A stretch of 64,000 nucleotides of DNA from Nemertoderma westbladi (lineage: Eukaryota > Animalia > Xenacoelomorpha), in contig JAUCBJ010006687.1 of the NCBI GenBank assembly GCA_032718475.1, positions 10,635-74,634 on the forward strand, written 5' to 3'. Below are positions 27,257 through 35,739 of the stretch, piece by piece. Numbering within the stretch: the first letter of the stretch is position 1; each line of letters starts with the position of its first letter. Both the position numbers and the translations under genes were made by a program. The notes under the pieces were generated by a model, which saw only the letters and a list, made by a program, of their open reading frames with translations, searched no databases and had not been told where the DNA came from.

Positions 27257-28597
27257 TAGTCTTTTCAGTGCTTTCGGTTGCGCATATTAATGGGTGCGTG
27301 TGTTGGTGTTCGGGTATCGGGTACATACATAATTGCGTACATACCGATAATGGTGTCTTTCGGGTGTTTGTCAGTAAAGTGTTGTCCTACTGAGTTGTTC
27401 TTCGCTTTGTTTTTATTACGAAGGAGTTGCGGTGTCTAGCTATATGTTCTCTCACTGGTCTTACAGTCTCTCCAATATAATCTTCTTTACAGATATTACA
27501 CTCAACGCGGTGTACTACACGTTGGTTTTTCGATGTGCACATCTTAATACCGTGGTTGCATGTGTAACAATTAGTCGGTGCTTGATGCTGAAGGGCATCT
27601 TAGATTAACAGTGTTGGCAAATTAGTATATTACGGAGTTTTGGTCCGGTGGTGGTCAGGTGGTGGTGGATGCAACCCGCGTGACGTCGGCGAATGGCGAC
27701 TCTCGTATGGCTATGGCTGTCTTAACTTTGCGTGGAGGATGTTTTTGTCCAGATAAGGAAGGGTTTACAAGTGGAAACATGCGCGTGATGTATGTGTATG
27801 CATGCGTGTTTAGTGTTTTGGTTGTCGTAACCTGCTGTATTAACAGGACCTGAGCTTGAGAACTTTCCAACTAATTATTATTTATCACCATACCCTTATG
27901 TTTATTTACTTTAAAATTAAACCATGGAAGTATCAAAGACAATTTATAATTATTCAATAATAAGAAATAATCTAAATAAATCAATTCACAGAAAAACTTT
28001 CAATTGATTTAATGAAGCGGCAGATGTACTCTAAAAAACCACCTCCCGGAACTTCAAACCTCACCGTGATTGGTAGTTGTGGAATCTTAAGACTCATAGA
28101 AAGGAGGTTGGGGAAAATTACAATGGCAGTTGGACTCTTTAAATATGGAGATGAACAGATGCCACGGCAATACATGATACAACAACACGATGGTCTGACC
28201 AATAAATTACGAGAAAGGAATCAATGGAAACCCCAGGCAGGAAGCTAGAGATTTAAAATATCAAAGTGGACTTTGGTTTATATATATAATATAGCGATTA
28301 TTTGAGTTGATATATTTATTACAGGCTGGCACTGTTTATTTACGAAATTTGATTATTATTATTAATTTGATTGAAAATTACGAAACATTAAGATTTTCAA
28401 TAGTAAATTTGCTAAAAATATATTTTCAATAAAACTTGGGCGATGAAGCAGAACTCTTTAAGGTTGCATATTTTTATAAAACCATTTGGTGATAACGTAG
28501 GGCACAATGTTGTTGCAATTCTGGTGTACAAAGAATATGACCAATTAAAATTGTGAGAAAACCTTATCCTTTGTATGTTATTACTTGGTACAGTAGT

Positions 28598-30085
28598 ATG
28601 GCGGATAGAACTGCAGTTGAAATACCAAAGGACAATATAGAGAATGTATCGTCAACTCAAGACGATTACCGCAAAAAGACCACGATATTACAGGATGAGG
28701 TTTATTCTATAGAACAAGCTATAGATCAAATTGGATTTGGTAAATTCCAAGTGAAAGTCTCCCTCATCGCAGGATTGGCCTGGACTGTTGATGCCATGGA
28801 GATGATGATTCTGAGTATTTTGGCCCCGGAGTTGTTGTGCAGATGGCATTTGACAACTGTCGAAGAAGCTTGGATCACTACTGTTGTATTCATTGGGATG
28901 GTTTCGTGTTCATCATTGTGGGGGTATATTTCTGACTATTATGGTCGCCGGGTTGGAATTTTCATAAGTTCACTTGTCACATTTTACTTTGGAATGGTGA
29001 GCGCTTTTGCTCCATACTACGCGTGGATATTGCTGCTACGTGGTCTCGTAGGTGTCGGAATAGGTGGGGCCCCTCAAGCAGTAACACTTTACGTGGAATT
29101 TGTACCCAAAAATACTCGAGCTCGTTGCATCATTTTATTGGAAGTCTTCTGGGCAACAGGGGGATGCATAACAACATTAATCGCTCTACTAGTCATGCCT
29201 ACTCTCGGGTGGCCCTATTTCTTAGCTTTATGCGCACTACCAGTTGGCATATTTTGTTTTATAATTTTCTGGCTTCCTGAAAGCCCCAGATTTGATATTC
29301 TTTCAGGAAGAAGGCAGCGAGCAATAGCTACACTGGAACGCATAGCTAAAGATAACAAAAAGCCGATGCCACTTGGTACATTAGTGTACACCCCGCCTGA
29401 GACGAAACGAGGGAGAATATCAGATTTGTTTTCGGAGGAGTACATGCGAACGTCAGTGTTACTTATATATATTTGGATGTCGTGTACATTTTGCTATTAC
29501 GGGATTATTCTTCTAACTTCAGAACTCATGCTATTAGCAGGAGACAAGTGCATGATAGAGAGTAGTTTTGGAAACCAAAATTCGTGGACATGTCATGCAG
29601 ACTGCAATTTGCTAGACACACGAGATTACATTGACTTATTGTGGACTTCAGTGGCTGAGTTTCCGGGATTACTGTTAACAGTTTTGATAATTGGACCCAT
29701 TGGGCGTCGGTATACCATATCTTCTTTGATTGCCCTGTTCGGAATATTTGTACTGTTTCTATTGATATGTTCTAGTCGGACAGTTACTGTGCTGTTGTTG
29801 TTTTGCGCTCGAGGTGTTATATCTGGGAGCTTCCAAGCTGCATATCTTTACACCCCCGAGGTTTACCCAACAACCGTGCGAGCACTATCGCTTGGAATGT
29901 GTTCCGCTGCCGGGCGAGTGGGGGCGACCATCACTCCTTTTGTCGCCCAAGTTGCTTTGCAAAAGAGTATCTATTTAACCGTCGGAATATATGCTGGAGT
30001 GGCGTTCACGGCTGCTTTAGCTGCTTGTTGTCTTCCCTTTGAAACAAAGGGAAGAGATATGACAGATGTTAGACTAAGAAAGTAA
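28598..30085 (+). CDS. SVOP: SVOP-like MFS transporter, paralogue 2, single coding exon
   Basis: ORF highly similar to 6131-7603 with the same motifs; first in-frame ATG at 28598 (the track start at 28553 is GTG). Confidence 0.9.
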   Translation: MADRTAVEIPKDNIENVSSTQDDYRKKTTILQDEVYSIEQAIDQIGFGKFQVKVSLIAGLAWTVDAMEMMILSILAPELLCRWHLTTVEEAWITTVVFIGMVSCSSLWGYISDYYGRRVGIFISSLVTFYFGMVSAFAPYYAWILLLRGLVGVGIGGAPQAVTLYVEFVPKNTRARCIILLEVFWATGGCITTLIALLVMPTLGWPYFLALCALPVGIFCFIIFWLPESPRFDILSGRRQRAIATLERIAKDNKKPMPLGTLVYTPPETKRGRISDLFSEEYMRTSVLLIYIWMSCTFCYYGIILLTSELMLLAGDKCMIESSFGNQNSWTCHADCNLLDTRDYIDLLWTSVAEFPGLLLTVLIIGPIGRRYTISSLIALFGIFVLFLLICSSRTVTVLLLFCARGVISGSFQAAYLYTPEVYPTTVRALSLGMCSAAGRVGATITPFVAQVALQKSIYLTVGIYAGVAFTAALAACCLPFETKGRDMTDVRLRK

Positions 30086-30349
30086 AAATGGTGATGGTTT
30101 CTCATGTAAATATACTAAACTGTCATTTTACTCAACTAAACATAAACATTTACTTTGGGTTAATTGTTGCTTCGTGTGAGATACAAACTGCATAAGTTAT
30201 TTACATATGAAAACATCCTTAGATAATAAAAATGATAGTTGTTAATTATATTCAGCAAGCCAAATATAAATACTATTTACTTCAAGATCAAGACTTATAA
30301 TCTAGCACTTTATAAAGATTACGGTCTATAGTAGATTTTAAAATTCACC

Positions 30350-30579
30350 TACAGCCATGACTTTAACATACAGTATATGAGAACTACAGCCATGGCTTTA
30401 ACAAATATGAGAATTACAGCCAAGGCTTTAACATATATTTATTTGTTTGTTTGTTTGTTTGTTTGTTTGTTTGTGTTTGTGTTTGTGTTTGTGTTTGTGT
30501 TTGTGTTTGTGTTTGTGTTTGTGTTTGTGTTTGTGGTTGTGTAGGTGTTTGTGTGTGTGTTTGTGTTTGTGTTTGTTTG
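30350..30579. repeat. Three-unit minisatellite (TACAGCCATGGCTTTAACA...) followed by a (TTTG)n/(TTTGTG)n microsatellite
   Basis: Directly visible; microsatellite at 30442-30579. Confidence 0.9.
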
Positions 30580-31928
30580 ATGTGTGCATTATACTTGACA
30601 CAATGAACCCGGCGTAGCATTGTTGTGAATGTGCCATCCAGAGATTTGGCGTCCTCAGCAGTTAGAGCCCAGCATGGACTCCCATATAGGAGTAATGGAA
30701 CTACTGCTGCTCTAAATAATCGGACCTTAAGTTTCCGATTAATTCTCGGTGACTTCCAAATCCTGGAAAGCCTATTCAAGGCTGCCCATGCCTTTCCCTT
30801 ACGTATTCGAAGGTCATTACCTGACTTCCGGATCCATGATCCCAGGTAACAGAAGTCGTCCACATGCTCAAGCACACCATCCTTTGAGCTTATGCTCATC
30901 CGACCAGAGACTTGCTGAGGACTTTCAAAGTTAACTGTCAAAATTGTGGTCTTTCTGGGGTTAATAAGAAGACTAGCACTAGAAGCAGCATGTTCTAATG
31001 AGCTGAGGAGACGTTGGGCTCCCTCTAGTGATTCTGAGAGTACTCCTAAGTCATCAGCAAAGTCAGATCAGTTAGGTACTTGGCAGGATTTCCTCGATTT
31101 CTGGAGCCAGTAGGTGGAGTTATCATCACCCCATCATCATTATGATGATCTAAAGACATGCGTAGAACATAGTCAACCACAATTATGAACAAGAATGGTG
31201 CAAGTGTGTCTCCTTGGAGGACGCCCCATAACACTTCAAATGGTTCTGTGTCACCGTCAACGGTAGACACAAATGTTGTCGAACCATCGTATACTGATCT
31301 GATTGCTGCAATAATTTCATCAGGAATCCCATATAATGAAAGTATGCTGAACATACGTGAGCGAGAGACTGAATCAAAGGCCTTGCAGAAGTCAACAAAG
31401 AAAAACAGCCAGATGCCTGTCTTTCTTTTTTGATTAACTCTTAAATTATCCTTCTAAGTGCCAAAATGGGCTCCATGGTCCCACGACCTTTACGGAACCC
31501 ATTCTGATTTCTACGGAGCAGTCTCTCAATGGGATCCCTGATGCGATTTAATATAATTCTATTGTATAGCTTTGCAGCAATCGAGATCAATGAGATTCCC
31601 CGAAAATAACCATAGAGTGTTAGGTTGCCCTTCTTGGGAACTGGCACCAACTTATTTGTTTTCATTTCTTGTGGGACTCTTGTTGTTCGGTACATGTCTA
31701 CTATGATGGGATAGATGAGTTTTAAACATTCAGGTATTTTAAAGACCTCAGGGGGAACACCATCTACTCCACTGGCACAATTGGTCTTAATGCTCTTTGC
31801 AGCAGCCTTCACTTCTGCAAAGGAGATATCGCCAATGGGAATATCTGGGAGTACAGACTCAGACACTTTTACTTCTATAAAGTTATCAGGCAACAATACC
31901 CTGTCATTATTGAGGAGCTTTTCAAAGT
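30580..31928 (-). mobile_element. Truncated, frameshifted RTE-clade LINE RT fragment
   Basis: PVPKKGNL, RGISLISIAAKLY, QNGFRKGR, GVLQGDTLAPFLF, FCYLGS; nearly identical to 50990-52700. Confidence 0.9.
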
Positions 31929-32276
31929 ATCTTTGTGATATGTTTGAACATTAATTGGACATTATTGGATGTGCTTGTCAATAAACTAACTAGGCAATTA
32001 ATATACTGTAGTGTATAGTAGAATAAGAATGGCAGTGATTTTTTATGTCCTTTCTTTAGATTTTTTTAGTCCGTAATTTTTTACGAATTTTTCATAATGA
32101 ATTTTTTGATTGTCAAAAATTTGATTGATCATTATGACTTTTTATGTAGGCCCTATATATGCATTTCATCAAAATCAAAATGTCAGACTGATAATTTCTG
32201 GACTGTCAGACAATTGATTTCACCATGCCCCGGTGCCTGTGTCAAACCAAGGGGTATAACTTTTGCGTAGAGGTTT

Positions 32277-33487
32277 TGTAAAAGCTTTTGCTGAATTGTC
32301 CGGTTATTTTTCCTTATTTTTCCCGTAAAGTACTCTGTAGTTGGTTTACCAGGCATAAAAAGGCCGTGTCCTTGCTGTACTGGTGTTTTAGCGGACATAA
32401 AAGCTATTTCTTCTGTATTTGTACTTTAGAGGACATAATCCGTAATTCCGTGACGTAAAAGCTCGATACTCTTGAAAACAGTGTCGCTACCATGACGACG
32501 GCTAGCAGCTGATATTGCCACGTCGACGTTTCTTTGTTTCTCTGTTCTCTCGTTGTTCAGGTTGACCAATCAGAGCGTTTGTTGTCTCTGTGTTGGAGGT
32601 ATATACAGAAACTCAGTAGTTCAGTGTTATGTTTTTGCCCAGAGCTTAAGAACCGGCTTTGGCACCTCCGTGTTTTCAGTTTTTAGTCTTACACTAGTAG
32701 GTTTAATTATAAGGACATATATCCTTTATCTACCTGGCTTTTAATCGCTGCTAACTGATCATACATACTGACTGCTGAAACATTGCAAACTCATAACAAT
32801 CAGTGTTCAGTTGTTGTTTTATACTGCTATTTACTGTCAGTTCTTCATAATATGGTTGATGAATTATTATATTTGGAATAACGATAAATAACCCCGAAAC
32901 CCAATATTCTTGATATACCGAAGGTAAGAGAGAAGGGTTACAGATAAACGATTGTGACTTATGTTAAAGTGGTTTGAAGTGAATCTAATGTTATTTGATA
33001 GACCCTACATGAGTCAGTCTGTGTTCTTTTTATATGTGACTAAAATCAGTGAAGATTGGCAGATTAGTGTGCAGTATTGTGCAGCATTGTGTATGAGTGA
33101 GTCTGTTAAAGAAGCAATTCCTAAAGAATGCGCCATATATGTGAATTATATTTAAGCCATATCGTTGTGAGTAGTTTAAGTCATAACTCTGTTTATATAG
33201 ATAAAGCGCCACGTCCTAAAGGAACTGTTAATATTCCCGAAAGTGAATAATATTGTCAGAGATTATATAATACTGTCAGTCGAATAATACATTAGGCTTA
33301 CATAGCAATAAAATTAAACCGTCGAACCCAATCTCCCGGGAATATCCAGCGGGTGAATGATCGCGCACAGATTGGTTTCGACTAGTGTAGTGAATCAAAT
33401 ACTTGTCATAGACTAAAAACCGATTTAATATCTAGAAGACATCTTAATTTGGTGGGTTAAACTGCCAAAGGTCTGAAAGCGCGAACA
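32277..33487 (+). repeat. 5' LTR of BEL copy 2
   Basis: Direct repeat of 46997-48207 (3 substitutions noticed by eye). Confidence 0.97.
32560..32630 (+). promoter_or_regulatory. Candidate LTR core promoter
   Basis: CCAAT at ~32566, TATATA at 32600-32605, TCAGT initiator-like motifs at 32613 and 32621; copy 1 has TAAATA...TCAGTTTTCAGTGTT at the equivalent place despite otherwise diverged U3. Confidence 0.4.
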
Positions 33488-33488
33488 T

Positions 33489-33499
33489 TAAAGGATATA
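33489..33499 (+). promoter_or_regulatory. Non-tRNA primer-binding site of copy 2 (TAAAGGATATA), complementary to LTR segment 32718-32728
   Basis: Starts 1 nt after the LTR end; no TGG; perfect 11-bp inverted match inside the LTR. Confidence 0.7.
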
Positions 33500-33860
33500 G
33501 CTTCTTTATTGCAGTAAGCAATAAAGTTGAAAATACCGGTCAACCGGTAAACTTGAACCGGTACTTCTGTAGGTCAGTAGGCCCAACTGCAAGAACCGGT
33601 ACTGCTGTAGGCCCGTAGGTCCAACTGCCAGAACCGGTACTTCTGTAAGTCCGTAGGCCTAACTGTCCTAACCGGTACTTCCCGTATAAGTACATTAGTA
33701 TTATTCGATTTGATTGTTGTATACCGGTAGGTCTTAATACTTAATCAGGGAATGGCCGCCCTGGTTTTTTATTGAGATTTTACTTATTTCTGTCAAGTTT
33801 TATTTGTTTGTAGGCCAGTATTGAACAGAAGACGTGTAAGCCTGATCAGATTGTGCAGAC

Positions 33861-34430
33861 AATTTGTAGGCTGGGCTGTTGTCTGATTGCTGTTAAGTCT
33901 GAACGGATTGCAGTGTGTGTAGATCACCTGTCCGATTAAGTACGGTTAGGAAGTAGGGGCAGCGAATGCTGTAAGGTAAACCCCCAACTAAAGAATAAGT
34001 CGTACTACTGGGTTAGAACGCATACTCCCTAATCATTTCGGAGTCTGCATGTCCTGTAGTTTATTTAGGCTTGAGAGTAGTCTGCCATCGTTTAGTCTGT
34101 ACTTTGTTTGTGTAAGTCTGTACGGGTAGCGTATAATTTTATTTAGATAATTTGTAGGCTGGATAGTTGTCTGGCTGTTATTAGGCCTGAGCGGATTGCA
34201 GCGTGTATAGATCACTTGTCCGATTAAGTACGGTTAGGAAGTAGGGGCAGCGAACGCTGTAAGGTAAACCCCCAACTAAAGAATAAGTCGCACTACTGGG
34301 TTAGAGCGCATACTCCCTAATCATTTCGGAGTCTGCATATACCGTAGTTTGTTTAGGCTTGATAGTAGTCTGTCAGTGTTCGGTCTGCATTTTGTTTGAG
34401 TAGTTTGTACGCGTAGCGTAATATTTATTA
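33861..34430 (+). repeat. ~288-bp tandem duplication in the BEL 5' leader (copy 1 equivalent ~25095-25665)
   Basis: Units start AATTTGTAGGCTGG at 33861 and 34149. Confidence 0.9.
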
Positions 34431-35364
34431 TTCAGAGTTTATGCGATTATCCGCAACATTCATTCCCCAAGTTTGTTCCTACAATAATTGTGTTTGTTAT
34501 ACATACCGCTATAGTTAAATTAACCCCGGTACTACACGGGCTGCTTGGCGTAGGTAAAGACTGGTGATTTTGTGCATCGGTCACTCCAGCAGATGCCGTG
34601 GTTCTTTTAGCTGTTCAAGTATATTTAACTACTGATTATCTGTTGTACAAGTACTCGTACCTAATTTAGGGTTTAGTGTACAGTGCTTTCCGAAAGTAAT
34701 TATTGTAGGCATTATATTTGTGTTGTAAAGTGGTTGATAGGCACGTTCGATTAGCTCTATTAACTTCTAGGTAGGAACACTCCGTGATACATAACGTAGA
34801 ACCTATAGCGATACGGCTATAGGTCGTCAGGCGGTGGTATTTTCCTATCTGGACAGCGCAGTGTATTTACTACTACTTATTATTTTCAAATACCGCAGTA
34901 CCCTGTCCGTTGTAATAACCAGATTTCTAACCCTTTGTTAGGCTGGTTTGTAGACTTCTTGTAAAATTACCCTAAAAATTCGTATTTTGTGTTTTTGTAA
35001 ATTTTTGTGTTTATTTAGAGATTGTAATCTCAACCCGAATCGTACGTAATTTGTAGTATTAAGTAACTTAGGTAAATTAGAATCATTTGTTTTAGTGTCC
35101 TGTACGTAACACTTCACTGAAAGCGTACCACTTTGTGTAGTGATTACCCCAGAAATAATAACATTTATTTCAAACATTGACAAAACCCATTAAAACGGGT
35201 ATATATATATTATAAATCAAATCTAACGATTTATAAATAGTAGGCCTACCATACAACCATTAGGTCTCAATATCAGTTGGACTACTGCTCAAATAACGGT
35301 AATAAAGTAAGTAAAGTAACAAAGTAACCCTAAAATTCAGAAATTCAATTATTTAAAATAATTG

Positions 35365-35655
35365 ATATACCGGTATTTACGATAGGCCTATTATCTTTAT
35401 TTCTATAAATTTAGGCTGAAATTATAACGGTACTTGTAATTAATTCTAGTCCAGAATTATATATACTACAAATTGTAAGCTGTATACCGGTATTCCCGAT
35501 AGGCCTATTATATATTTATATATATTTGTGCTAAAATTATACCGGTATTCTGAGATAAACCTAGTCTGTAATAATACTTATATATACTATAAGCATACCG
35601 GTATTTTAATATATTATATATATCACGCTACACTGAGTAGCAGTATCGGTAATTA
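35365..35655 (+). repeat. ~58-bp-period TACCGGTA minisatellite just upstream of gag (copy 1 ~23790-24160)
   Basis: ACCGGT or a variant recurs at ~35369, 35427, 35486, 35541, 35597. Confidence 0.8.
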
Positions 35656-35739
35656 ATTACTAGGCTAGCAGTTAATACTGAATTACTAGACTTGCTTAGA
35701 CTGTAATATAGCAGTAGGCATTCAACTGTACATACAAAT

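Noticed and set aside
32961-33212. Small ORFs MLKWFEVNLM... and MALYLYKQ... recurring four times
   Set aside because: They recur only because they lie in the four LTRs; 60-64 aa, overlapping on opposite strands, with no recognisable motif
32657-33470. Long-range pairing CTTTGGCA/TGCCAAAG
   Set aside because: Only 6 bp in copy 1, and it competes with a better-supported local U5 hairpin
33535-33730. CRISPR-like repeat array
   Set aside because: Eukaryotic TE leader; the inter-repeat sequences are themselves similar and there are no cas genes
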